64,000 nucleotides of DNA from Hormiphora californensis (Eukaryota; Animalia; Ctenophora), in contig CM035354.1 of NCBI GenBank assembly GCA_020137815.1, positions 2,976,001-3,040,000 of the forward strand, written 5' to 3'. A program made the position numbers and the translations under genes. Positions 42,452-55,814 of this stretch are shown piece by piece. How positions within the stretch are numbered: the stretch's first letter is position 1; every line of letters starts with the position of its first letter. The notes beneath the pieces were generated by a model that ran no database searches, had not been told where the DNA came from, and saw only the letters and a list, made by a program, of their open reading frames with translations.

Positions 42452-42682
42452 TTTCATTTTTCGGCAGTCTTTCCCAAATTTTGTCGAAATTGTCTATCTC
42501 GGATCTCCTCCTAGTTCCTTTCCTCTTTGTCAGAACCTGAAGGCTAAACAGTATTACTAAATTTTCAAAAGTAAAAATCGTTTCATTTTTCGGCAGTCTT
42601 TCCCAAATTTTGTCGAAATTGTCTATCCCGGATCTCCTCCTAGTTCCTTTCCTCTATTTCAGAACCTGAAGGCTAAACAGTA
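42452..42682. repeat. Tandem duplication of ~130 bp
   Basis: TTTCATTTTTCGGCAGTCTTTCCCAAATTTTGTCGAAATTG...GAAGGCTAAACAGTA twice. Confidence 0.85.
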
Positions 42683-43281
42683 AGTTTTAGACATATTTGA
42701 CAGTGCCTGGCTTCGACCGAACATAGAGCGGAGACATTCATAAATAGAATGGCGCCGGCGCAAATCGTGCAAAGACGAAACTTTTTGTACCGTCGGTTTC
42801 TTTGCCAATCCCCAAAATCTTGGGTTATAAGGAAGGCCGAAAGTGCTCAGTATTTTCTTTTCCAAGATCAAGAGAAATGGTCTGCACCCCTCCTTCCTTG
42901 GTACATGCTTCTGCACCCTCCCTCCTCCTGCGTTTACACGTCTGAGCCCTCCCTCCTGGGTTCCTGCAATTTGTACCCTCCCTTCTGCACCCCATCCGGA
43001 TCTGTGTCTCCACATCCTTCCACAAAACTCCACTTCACTACACCGCATCGTACCCCTCCTTGTTTAAAACAAAACAAGTTGTTTTGTTCAAACAAGGGAG
43101 GGTCGAACAAGGCAACCCCCTCCTTGGACAGCTACTAATCCCATTACTACCTTTGGGAGCGGTAGGGTAACGTACAGGTCAAAATTGTGAAGTGACATTA
43201 TTTAAAAACACTATTATACTATTCTTTTAATGCGGAAAATAATGAATGAATATTTCATAAATTCGGTTCTTATTCATATCG

Positions 43282-46200
43282 TCAAACTAAAGTAACGGTG
43301 ACAGCATCAGAAACGTAGTTCCTTCCCTGGTCGGTGTAAACAAATCTGAAAGAAAGCGATTAAAATTTATGAATAGCAATCATCTTAAACCAAGCAGACA
43401 ATGATACATTTTAGGTGATAGGTAAACTGTAAAGAGCGTCGGTTTTCTAGTTAGGGGTGCTGACTAATTTCGAGGAATATTTAAATCCATCTACTTACAC
43501 GTAGGATGCAGGTTCAGTTCTAACTCTCCTGAATCTTCCTTCAATATAGTTCGCTTTTACACACTCCACAGCCTCTCCATCCACCCACTTACAGATCTTT
43601 CCACTGTTTTCGTTCACCTCCTGAAGGATGTTTTGTGTGTTTTTTGAAATGTTTAAAGTGTGTCAAGATTGATGTTATTCATAACGATTTAACACGATCG
43701 CTTACCTTTCCCTCTAGTGATTCAATATCAAAGAACAGCCGACATGTGCTCTTCTGTTTTTTTGGGTTGCACGCCACCTCGGTGGCAGCGGAGGTTACAT
43801 TAAACTGGGGCTCTTGTGGGATGAGAACGTTCAGAGTAAAGACGACTGTCTTACTGCTTTCTCCTTTTGTGGCAGTAAACTCGTAAGCACCGCTGTCCTC
43901 AACTTTCAGGTTTTTCTTCTTCAATGTCAACCTAGACGAGAGAAAATTATATCATATATAATAATCACCCGACTCTTGAACTATTCTTATGAGTTGAGAA
44001 GTAGTTTTCAACCTGTTATTGGTAACTCGCTTCACGCTCTCTCCTCCCATGGTCCAGATTCTATCCGTCTTTTTAACACCTTTGGTAAGGATCTCTACAT
44101 TGAAGGTTGCACTTTGTCCGTAGGCAACCGACACATTGCTGGACCCGATCCGCTCGCACCCAATCGTCAGTGCAGAATGAGCAACACTTTTCAGGATCTG
44201 AAGCTTCAATGCTGTCTCCGCTACAATCGAGGGTCGGGCATGTCATTTCAGAGCAGCTCATCTCACCAGCATCACCACAGGTACATAACTTACATGATCC
44301 TTCTTCCACAACTTCGTCACCATTCTGAAATTAGGGAAATTGCAGCTGTTGTAAATAGTTGTCAGGAAAATTGCAGCTGCTTTAAAAAAATGATACATAG
44401 GTTCCTGGAAGCGTCAATATTTCCTAGTTTATAAGTTTGTACCTCATAGAAGGATCCCTCGTAGAGACACTTGCACTCATTACTCTCCACGCAAACCCCA
44501 TCCTGGAGATACTGGCCATCAGGGCAGAAGCACCCCCTGGCGGTTCCGGTCTGTTTGGGGCTCTTGTTTAGACAAGTTGGTGCTGGAGTCGGGGCAGCCG
44601 AGGCGTATTTGAGTCCAGCCGGACACTCATATGCTGTTGTAGGAATATTTCATGCTTTCATAGAGCGATACATGGTTTAAAATTGATATCTTTAAATATC
44701 CCGGGATTTTTTCAATTTTTCTACGATTTTTCCACTTACGACAATAAGAGACGCTCTCTCTCCAGTTAGAGAGATCAATACCAGCATCAATGCAGGTTGA
44801 GGCGTAGCTATCGTATTGGGAACACGCACAGCTAGCATCGCCCCAACAGTTACACACATCCGTCATACAGTTACTGTAAATTCCTCCATCACTGTCCCCA
44901 ACAGATAGCGTGGTTTGACATGAGGAGAAGGGGGCACCTAGAACAAGGTTCACGGTTCGGCTGCAGTCATAGAAATTTTGGTGGTGCAGTCACCTCTCTA
45001 CAACTCTTACCACTCGTTGTTTTGCTGTGCTTCAACCGGGAGTTGTAAGGGTGACTGCGTCACCAAATAGAAATTAGAATTGGATCAATATACAAATATA
45101 TTTCATCACGTACCTTTGAGATCCTTGCAGATGGCCTCCGCGGTGGCATAACCATCAGGAACATCATCACAAGGATGATACGGGTCAGGTGGTGCAGGGC
45201 AGTCCTCGTCGTAGTGCTCAAACAGTGTTCCCAGAGTGTTAGGAGAACCTCCGGTTAGGTCATCACCACTGTTCCCATTGTAACTTCCACACAGACCCTC
45301 AGTTTCGGTGGCACAAGATCCGTGGAGCCAGACCTCGGCGTCTATGTAGCTACCTGCGTTGTTACCTCTGATTCGTACAGCCGGTGAACGGTTTTTCTGG
45401 GTCAGGATGATCTCTAGCTGACCGCTGTAACGATTTTTTGTTTCAATAGGTAGTCAAATGAATTGATTACTGTTGACTTGAGATAGGTTCAATCTCACAA
45501 ATGCACAGCATTTAAAACCGGCTCGTCGCCCGAGACTAAATAAATCGAGTTGATAATTCAAACTTACTTATTCATAATGCTGACGGTATCACCATTGGTG
45601 TAGGTTTTGACATAGGGAACCTGTACCCCCTCTCGGTCCACTGTAGCACTGTAACCGGCCGCAACGGCAAATGTCCTTCCCTTGAAGACTAGCTCCGCCC
45701 GTTTGGTGTACCGTGGTGCTCGGTTGTAGAAATCAACGTTTTTGAAGTTAACCTAAATTATATCGTGATTGGTGGTATTGATAATATCATAATGTAGCAA
45801 GTAAAATTAATATTTTGGCGCAAATCCAGCGATCCGATCGACTGCTATACATACCACAAAGTTGTCACAGCTAGCCGCCTGGTAGGTGCAAGTTCCATGG
45901 AAGTCATAGTAGGTTCCATCGAATGTCCTGTAGTGAGGATCACCCGAGCTAGAGCAGTATCCAGGGCCTAGAAATATATTCTCTGTAAAACTACTATATC
46001 ATTGGAACCAGTCCAGTTACTATGGCAACCACAAACTCACCTGAAATGCACTGCGTTTCACAGGTTTCCTCGTTTGTCCAGGGAACCATTCCTCCCTCAC
46101 AAGACACATCATCACCACAGACACAAGCAAAAGATCCCTCGGACTCACAGGTACAGGTTTTTCCATCGTCATCAACATAGCTGTCTCCTTCACTGTATTC

Positions 46201-47399
46201 CTTCCCTGACTCATCGCTGCATTTTACTTTAGAGCAGCCTTCTTTCCGGTCAATTGGCCAGTAATGGCCACCTAGGTCTGCATCCCAATAGATCCTATCC
46301 TCATCCTCTCTAACCCAAAACTTGTAAATTCGATCGTCCGGGAAATTGATGTAACCAGTTCTGAAAAGAAACCTTGTAACTTGTTGTTATCTGGTTTTGC
46401 ACACTCCGCAGATTGAGCAAAACACATGTCGACTTAACTGTAAAGCTAAAACTTCAACTTACGGCGGGTAGACAGATCGGTCGACTTCCCCAAAGGCATC
46501 GGGTCGTCCATGGTTCCAATACACGGCCGCCTTCCCCGATTCCATGGAAAATGTGATACCATTATAAAACAGCTTGTCGCATCCCACTACAACCTCTTTG
46601 CAATCATCGCCCTGAGCACAGACACAAGCAAAAGATCCCTCGGACTCACAGGTACAGGTTTTTCCAGCGTCATCAACATAGCTGTCGCCTTCACTGTATT
46701 CCTTTCCTGACTCATCGCTGCATGTTACTTCAGGGATTACTGAAAATATAATAATTACATTCGATGTTGTTTTGTTTGTCAATATATAATGGTATGTAAT
46801 GCACACTTTATCGACAGCCACTGAAACATGGGACTGCGGCGTATTTTGAAATAGTCAATCGCGTGTTTCCAACCTTCAGCACAGTCTTCTTTCCGGTCAA
46901 TTGGCCAGTAATCGGGACCTTGGTCTGCATCCCAATAGATCCTGCCCTCATCCTCTCTAATCCAAAATATTTGAAGATGATCGTCCAGGAAATGGATGTA
47001 ACCAATTCTGAAAAGAAGTTTTCAGCTGCAAATGTTTTTGATTTTGTGACTTTGTACCTACATATTATGTAGAATTTACGACTGTAAAGCTATAACTTCA
47101 ACTTACGGCGGGTAGACACTTCGGTCGATTTCCCCAAAGGCATCGGGTCGAGGTCGTTCATTGTTCCAGTGCACAGCCGCAATCCAATGATTGGGATAAT
47201 CTTCATTCATGGAAAATTCGATACCATTGTGGAAGAGTTTGTTGCAGTCTGCCCAACCTGATAACAGAGATATTGGGATTTGCAGGTGACCAGATAAAAC
47301 AATTGGGAGATAGAGAAGTCGGATGTTAGAGCTATATAATGGCCACGGAAGATTACCTGTGGCTAAAAACACTGACAACAGCAGTAAAGTATTGATCAT
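43282..47399 (-). CDS. Secreted VWD-C8-TIL-VWC-Ig-like protein, paralogue A (1-nt insertion at ~44149)
   Basis: Signal peptide [15 protein letters not shown]; two W/Y-rich repeats each followed by a short Cys module; VWD ([14 protein letters not shown]...FHGTC...[10 protein letters not shown]), C8, TIL, VWC, Ig-like ([11 protein letters not shown]); stop TGA at 43282. Confidence 0.85.
44978..45066. mobile_element. MITE, TIR TTGGTG.(C/T)GCAGTCAC, perfect 9-bp TSD ATAGAAATT
   Basis: Same family as 1360-1448; partly deleted copy at the equivalent intron position of paralogue B (~52237-52310), so it predates the duplication. Confidence 0.85.
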
Positions 47400-47444
47400 G
47401 ATTGAGAGTTTGTACGAACATGAGCGTCGATCATAGCTCCTCCC

Positions 47445-47451
47445 TTAAATA
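47445..47451 (-). promoter_or_regulatory. TATA-like box (TATTTAA) ~50 nt upstream of the paralogue A start; same element at 54667-54673 for paralogue B
   Basis: Conserved in both copies at a spacing compatible with a short 5' UTR. Confidence 0.45.
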
Positions 47452-48059
47452 TTGTTACGTTCCACCATTTTTCATGTTGCCCGGTGTTGCCCGCTAGTAA
47501 TCGAATCCTCCACTGATCAATATGATCATTTGCCCTAGCCACATGGAAAAAAAGGGTGAGAAGCAGGAATAATGACTCCATACCCGCTCAGAGAGAGGGA
47601 AAGAGGGGGAGAGGGAGCTTTAAGGGCCGTTAAATATTATTTCACGTTCCATGTTGGCCACTGACTGATCGTTAGCCATCTCCAGCTCCAGTCTCCACAT
47701 ATGTGGCATTACTTTAAAAACGGCACTATTTGTTGATGGATCAACATTTAAAGTATGGCATTAATTTTAAAGCGGAGAGACTAGAGAGAGACAAACACAC
47801 TACGCAAAGAGAATAATGACTCCCCGCCTGCCCAGTGACCACTGGTTGTTCGTTAGCCATCTCCAGTCTCCACATATGTGGCATTACTTTTTAAAACGGC
47901 ACTATTTTTAAGGGGGAGAGAGAGAGACACACAAACACACACTACAGAGAGAAGCTAATGTTTTCCAGTATGTTTAGCACTACCTGGAAAACATGGGCCC
48001 TTGTCAGGAATCAGGGGATGTTCTTTTTCCTCGTTTTATTCTCTCTCTGTGCTTTAGAT

Positions 48060-49290
48060 CACTCACTCACTTTAATAGTCACTTTAGGTTGTTCGAATAG
48101 TCACTTTAGGTTGAAGATTAGATCCTCTGCTGCAACAGGGTCATCGCCTCGTACGAACATCCTTCAGATTTATCTCTCAGCCAGTCCAGAACTGAGTTGT
48201 TGTTTCTCCTACTGTAACCTTGAACAGGAGGTTCATTCCTTGTGCTTGAAGTGCTTCGTAAGGGCCCGTTTGAAACTCTCGAACTTGTCAATGCGGCTGA
48301 GCTCTGCTGGGATACTGTTCCACAGCTTTAGTCCTATATCCGCAAAGGACTCGTCGTAGAGACTAGAGTGTTTGGTCTGCACTCAATGCTGTGTACCACT
48401 GCCTTAATCCCTGTCCGTCCTTTGTCTTTAAACTGTATCTGAAGATCATTGCTAGAGATCATTGTGTAGCTTCCACATATATGAAGCACAATGTACCGCT
48501 CTCGTCTTCTTTGGAGAGACATCATGTCGAGCTTTGACAGCCTGCTCCAGTAGTCTAGCCCCTTCGTGCCATCAATCCTCTTTGTGAAGCTTCTCTGGAC
48601 TGCTTCTAGGTTTTGGATGTCCCCGATTTTTGAGGGGTGCCAGAGTGGGCAGGCATATTCCAGAAGGCTTCGCACCAGGCTTTTGTAGAGGGTAAGCATC
48701 GGCTGGGTTTCTCTTGTCTCGAAGACGCAGAACACCCATGCTGCCTATTTCTCCCTCTCTGCAATTTTTCCTATGTGCTTCTTCCACTTCAGGTCAGCCG
48801 TCAGCTGTTATCATCACACCTAGATCCCTCATGTCCCCCTTTGCTTTGAGCACCCCCGCTGCCGTCTCATACGGAAACACCGCGTTTGAGAAAGGTAACT
48901 CCTGTATACCGTCTACGACTGCTTTCTCTTCTTTGCTTCGCTTTAACCCACTATGTCTCATCAGCTCGTCAGCTCGGGTCCTAGTACTGACCCCTGGATA
49001 ACTCCGCCTATCACTAGTGCCACTAGCGACTTGGCACCATACACCGCTACTCTCTGCATCCTTCCACTCAGAAACGACTCAATCCATTTCACCAGCTTTT
49101 CATTTATACCGTACTTTCGTAGTTTGTTCTGCAGCATGCCGTGGTCCATATTTACGAATGCTTTGGCATAATCTAGGTAAATGGAATCAGTATCCGCATT
49201 GTCTAGGCAATTCTCATATACCTCGTCAAAATGCTGAATAAACTGTGTAAGTGTGCTTCTGCACTTCCTAAAGCCGCTTCCAACAAGCCC
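48060..49290 (-). mobile_element. Degenerate LINE reverse transcriptase (CR1/Jockey-like), 5' truncated
   Basis: DSIYLDYAKAF, GVIQGSVLGP, LYKSLVRSLLEYACPLWHP, LEAVQRSFTKRI, SLQRRRERY; frameshifted. Confidence 0.9.
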
Positions 49291-50537
49291 AAGATGAAGC
49301 AATTTGGCCAAGAAATGGCTGAGTTATGGCCAAAAACGTCTAAATTTGGTGTCAAAAAGTAGGTGACTTTACCGCTAACCCAGACACCCAGGTCAAAAAG
49401 ATGGAGAAAGAAAAGAATAAAAAATGTAGAAAAACAAAAAGAATTTCAAAAAATCGATGAAAACTGCGAAATTTTGGATTTGTGTGCAGCTGGGTGTTCG
49501 GGGCTTTGCCGGACACCCAGGTGCACTGCGCGGCGGGCACACCTGTAACGCACGGCAGAGCATAAAGAGGGTTCTTCCATTTGCCACAGTGCAATTTGAC
49601 ATGACCAGGGTGTTTGGTTCACCCAAAAAATTGTGTGTGCCTGCAGAGGACTTTTCTCGTGATCAGAAAACTTTCATCTCGTGATCAAAAAACTTTCATC
49701 TGTTTTCCCATTTTTCACAGGAGTTCAGAAAAGCTTAAAATCGTTTACAAACGCCTAAAATGCCAATAATTTTCGGGGGGCTTCGCCCCCTCAACCCCCG
49801 CCGGGGCTGCGCCCCTGGACCCTGCTTGTGGGGGGTTTCACCCCCACGCTCTTGCCCCAGACACCCAGGGATTTACTGGGCCGAAGGCACAGAGCCGTCC
49901 CTTTTTTAGACATATTTGACAGTGCCTGGCTTCGACCGAACATAGAGCACGAGATTGGCGGAGAAATTTATAATATAAAACGGCGCCAGTGCAAATCGTG
50001 CAAAGACGAGACTTTTTGTACCGTCGGTTTCTTCGCCAATAAAAATCTTGGGTTATTAAGAAGGCCGAAAGAGCTCAGTATTTTCTCTTCGACAAGCCCA
50101 AGATCAAGAGAATTGGTCTGCACCCCCTCCCTCCTGGGTACCTGCTTCTGCACCCTCCCTCCTAGGTGCCTGCTTCCCTAAAACTACATAGGGTGCACTT
50201 TACTTGCCACTTGGTGACATCGAAACCTACGTAGCAGCTAACAAGCGTGAAGCGAGACAGCTACAGAGATCGAACATTTCTGAACCTGCACTTGTCTTTG
50301 AAGGAGATATGTAGCTATGTTACCGGGTGACTAACGATTATATTTTGGCATGTCTATGGAAACTCTTTAATACTCCAGTCGATGGCCAGTCTGGGCTCGC
50401 ATTCACTAAGGTAATGCACAGGTCAAATTGTGAAGTGACATTATTTAGAAACACTATTATACAACACTATTATACTATTCTTTTAATGCGGAAAATAATG
50501 AATGAGTATTTTATAAATTCGGTTCTTATTCATATCT

Positions 50538-53500
50538 TCAAACTATAGTAACGGTGACAGCATCAGAAACGTAGTTCCTTCCCTGGTCAGTGTAAACAAA
50601 TCTGAAAGAAACCGATTAAAGTTTATGAATAGCAATCTATAAAAACCAAGGCAATGATACATTTTAGGTGATAGGTAAAGAGCGTCGGTTTTGCAGTTTT
50701 CTGGTTAGGGGTGCTGACTAATTTCGAGTAATATTTAAATCCATCTACTTACACGTAGGAGGCAGGTTCAGTTCTAACTCTCCTGAATCTTCCTTCTATA
50801 TAGTTCGCTTTTACACACTCCACAGCCTCTCCATCCACCCACTTACAGATCTGTCCACTGTTTTTGTTCACCTCCTGAAGGATGTTTTGTGTGTTTTTTG
50901 AAATGTTTAAAGTGTCTCAAGATTGATCTTATTCATAACGATAACACGATCGCTTACCTTTCCCTCTAGTGATTCTATGTCAAAGAACAGCCGACATGTG
51001 GTCTTTTGTTTTTTTGGGTTGCACGCCACCTCAGTGGCAGCGGAGGTTACTTTAAACTGGGGCTCTTGTGGGATGAGAACGTTCAGAGTAAAGACAACTG
51101 TCTTACTGCTTTCTCCTTTTGTGGCAGTAAACTCGTAGGCACCGCTGTCTTCAACCTTCAGGTTTTTCTTCTTCAATGTCAACCTAGACGAGAGAAAATT
51201 ATATTATAAAATAATCACCCGACTCTTGAACTATTCTTGAGAAGTAATTTCCAACCTGTTATTGGTAACTCGCTTCACGCTCTCTCCTCCCATGGTCCAG
51301 ATTCTATCCGTCTTTTTAACACCATTGGTAAGGATCTCTACATTGAAGGTTGCACTTTGTCCGTAGGCAACCGACACATTGCTGGACCCGACCGCTCGCA
51401 CCCAATCGTCAGTGCAGAATGAGCAACACTTTTCAGGATCTGAAGCTAAAATGCTGTCTCCGCTGCAATCGAGGGTCGGGCATGTCATTTCAGAGCAGCT
51501 CATCTCACCAGCATCACCACAGGTGCACAAATTACATGATCCCTCTTCCACAACTTCGTCACCATTCTGAAATTAGGCAAATTGCAGCTGTTGTAAATAA
51601 TCATCAGGGAAATTACAGCTGCTTTAAAAAAATGATACATTATAGGTTCCTGGAAGCGTCAATACTTCCTAGTTTATAAGTTTGTACATACCTCATAGAA
51701 CGATCCTTCGTAGAGGCACTTGCACTCATTGCTCTCCACACAAACTCTATCCTGGAGATACTGGCCATCAGGGCAGAAGCACCCCCTGGCGGTTCCGGTC
51801 TGTTTGGGGCTCTTGTTTAGACAAGTTGGTGCTGGAGTCGGAGCAGCCGAGGCGTATTTGAGTCCAGCCGGACACTCGTATGCTGTTGTGGGAATATTTC
51901 ATGCTTTCATAGAGCGATACAGGTTATATTGGTTAAAAATAGTGAATTGATATCCCGGGATTTTTCCACTTTGTACTAGTATTCCCCACTTACGACAATA
52001 AGAGACGCTCTCCCTCCAGTTAGACAGATCAATACCAGCATCAATGCAGGTTGAGGCGTAGCTATCGTATTGGGAACAAGCACAACTAGCATCGCCCCAA
52101 CAGTTACACACATCCGTCATACAGTTACTGTAAATTCCTCCATCACTGTCCCCAACAGATAGTGTGTCGTGACATGAGGAGAAGGGGGCACCTAGAAGGT
52201 GTCAAGGTTCACGGTTTGGCTGCAGTCGTATAAATTTTGGTGGCGCAGTCACCTCTCTACAACCCTTACAACTCGTTGTTTTGCTGTGCTTTGCGTGAGA
52301 GTTGTAACCAAATAGAAATTAGAATTAGACCAGTATCCAAATTGGATCAGTATGCCAATATATTTTATCACATACCTTTGAGATCCTTGCAGATGGCCTC
52401 AGCGGTGGCATAACCATCAGGAACATCATCACAAGGATGATACGGGTCAGGTGGAGCAGGGCAGTCCTCGTCGTAGTGCTCAAACAGTGTTCCCAGAGTG
52501 TTAGGAGAACCTCCGGTTAGGTCATCACCACTGTTCCCATTGTAACTTCCACACAGACCCTCAGTTTCGGTGGCACAAGATCCGTGGAGCCAGACCTCGG
52601 CGTCAATGTAGCTACCTGCGTTGTTACCTCTGATTCGTACAGCCGGTGAACGGTTTTTCTGGGTCAGGATAATCTCTAGCTGACCGCTGTAACGAGTTTT
52701 TGTTTCAATAGGTAGTCAAATTAATTATATGTTCAATCTCACAAATGCACAACATTTAAATTTAACAGCAGACCGACATTAAATAAATCGAGCTGATGAT
52801 TCAAACTTACTTATTCATAATGCTGACAGTATCACCATTGGTGTAGGTTTTCACGTAGGGAACCTGTACCCCCTCTCCGTCCACTGTAGCACTGTAACCG
52901 GACGCAACGGCAAATGTCCTTCCCTTGAAGACAAGCTCCGCCCGTTTGGTGTACCGTGGTGCTCGGTTGTAGAAATCAACGTTTTTGAAGTTAACCTAAA
53001 TTATATAATTGTGATTGGTGGATAATATCATAATGTAGCAAGAAAGATTAATATTTTGGCACAAATCCAGCGATCCGATCGACTGCTATACATACCACAA
53101 AGTTGTCACAGCTAGCCGCCTGGTAGGTGCAAGTTCCATGGAAGTCATAGTAGGTACCATCAAATGTCCTGTAGTGAGGATCACCCGAGCTAGAGCAGTA
53201 TCCAGGGCCTGGAAATATATTCTCTGTAAAACTACTATATCATTGAACCAGTCCAGTTACTATGGCAACCACAAACTCACCTGAAATACACTGCGTTTCA
53301 CAGGTTTCCTCGTTTGTCCAGGGAACCATTCCTCCCTCACAAGACACATCACCACCACAGACACAAGCAAAAGATCCAGAGGACTCACAGGTACAGGTTT
53401 TTCCATCGTCATCAACATAGCTGTCTCCTTCACTGTATTCCTTCCCTGACTCATCGCTGCATTTTACTTTAGAGCAGCCTTCTTTCCGGTCAATTGGCCA

Positions 53501-54621
53501 ATAATGGCCACCTTGGTCTGCATCCCAATAGATCCTATCCTCATCCTCTCTAACCCAAAAGTTGTAAATTCGATCGTCCGGGAAATTGATGTAACCAGTT
53601 CTAAAAAGAAACCTTGTTAATTGTTATCTGGTTTTACACGCTCCGCAGATTGAGCAAAACACACATGTCGACTTAACTGTAAAACCTACGGCTTCAACTT
53701 ACGGCGGGTAGACAGATCGGTCGACTTCCCCAAAGGCATCGGGTCGTCCATGGTTCCAATACACGGCCGCCTTCCCCGATTCCATGGAAAATGTGATACC
53801 ATTATAAAACAGCTTGTCGCATCCCACTACAACCTCTTTGCAATCATCGCCCTGAGCACAGACACAAGCAAAAGATCCCTCGGACTCACAGGTACAGGTT
53901 TTTCCAGCGTCATCAACATAGCTGTCGCCTTCACTGTATTCCTTTCCTGACTCATCGCTGCATGTTACTTCAGGGATTACTGAAAATATAATGATTACAT
54001 TCGATGTTGTTTTGTTTGTCAATATATAATGGTATGTAATGCACACTTTATCGACAGCCACTGAAACATGGGACTGCGGCGTATTTTGAAATAGTCAATG
54101 TCGTATTTCCAACCTTCAGCGCAGTCTTCTTTCCGGTCAATTGGCCAGTAATGGCCACCTAGGTCTGCATCCCAATAGATCCTGTCCTCATCCTCTCTAA
54201 CCCAAAAGTTGTAAATTCGATCGTCCGGGAAATTGATGTAACCAGTTCTAAAAAGAAACCTTGTTACTTGTTATCTGATTTTGCACGCTCCGCAGATTTA
54301 GCAAAACACATGTCGACTTAACTGTAAAACCTACGGCTTCAACTTACGGCGGGTAGACAGATCGGTCGACTTTCCCAAAGGCATTGGGTCGTCCCTGGTT
54401 CCAGTGCACGGCCGCGATCCCATCTTCCATAGAAAATTCGATACCATTATAGAAGAGTTTGTTGCAGTCCGCCCAACCTGATAACAGAGATATTGGGATT
54501 TGCAGGTGACCAGATAAAACAATTGGGAGATAGAGAAGAGAAGTCGGATGTTAGAGCTATATGGCTACGGAAGATTACCTGTGGCTAAAAACACTGACAA
54601 CAGCAGTAAAGTATTGATCAT
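50538..54621 (-). CDS. Secreted VWD-C8-TIL-VWC-Ig-like protein, paralogue B
   Basis: Same exon structure as paralogue A; frame open through [12 protein letters not shown] where A is shifted. Confidence 0.88.
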
Positions 54622-55347
54622 GATTGAGAGTTTGTACGAACATGAGCGTCGATCATAGCTCCTCCCTTAAATATCATTACGCTCAACCATTTTTTTCATG
54701 TTGCCCGGGTGTTGCCCGCTAGTAATCGAATCCTACACTGACCAATATGTATATCATTTGCCGTAGCCACATGGAAAAACGTGGGCTGACTAGTGACTAG
54801 AAGTTTAACAGATAAATCCTTTTTTTAAGGAAGCATTGTGAATTTAACTCGGTCTTTTTAATAGATCAGCTATGAGAGCGCCCAATTTCAGTACCTCCTC
54901 AGAACTTTTGGACGGTTTTGGAACAATGATTCCCTGCCCGCTCAGAAAGAAACAGGAACAATGACTCCCTGCCTTCTCAGAAAGGGAGGGAGAGAAACAG
55001 GAATAATGACTCCTGCCTGCTCAGTGCTCACAGAGAGAGGGAGAGAAACAGGAATAATGACTCTTCGCCTGTTTAGAGAGGGATGGAGTGAGCTTCAATA
55101 TTCAATAAATATTAATTCATTTTCCATCTTGGCCACTCATTGATCATTAGCCATCTCCAGCTCCAGTCTCCACATATGTGGCATTACTTTCAAAACGGCA
55201 CTATTTTTCCCCCGCCAGGGTGAATGCCTTCGAAGGCATTCACCCAGATGCTAATTGGACGTCGCATGCTACGTCATTGTTCATTACCTAGTACAGACTG
55301 CATTTGTTAACGAGTTGTGATCTCAACTGCGCCTATCAGTATCAGTA

Positions 55348-55507
55348 CAGTCGGACTCCGATTTACCGGGATGCTCGGGGGAAAGGGTTTTGCCCGGTAA
55401 ATCGGGGTGCCCGGTATATAATCGGGGTGAAATACTGATATTTTTCTATATCGGGGGAAGTTTATCCTCCCGGTTAATCGGGGTTCCGGTAAATCGGGGT
55501 CCGACTG
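55348..55507. mobile_element. Tc1/mariner/pogo-type MITE, TIR CAGTCGGAC.CCGATTTACCGG, TA TSD
   Basis: Inverted termini flanked by TA; near-identical copy at 60679-60819. Confidence 0.9.
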
Positions 55508-55814
55508 TACTAGGATATCATAATAAAGCACTACAAATGGAGTCTAATAAGAAACCCCATCAGCTCTGTACCAACTCACGTATCAGTACCCAATTAGGCA
55601 TGGGAGATAGAGACACACAAACACACACTACAGAGGGAAACTAATGTTTTCCAGTATGTTTAGCACCACCTGGAAAATATGGGCACTTGTCAGGAATCAG
55701 GGGATGTTCTTTTTCCTCGTTTTATTCTCTCTCTGTGCTTTAGTCATATCGATCAATGGACCAAATTCAAAGAATTCTATCTAACTGCCCAAAACTAATT
55801 CCTAGACTTTAGCA

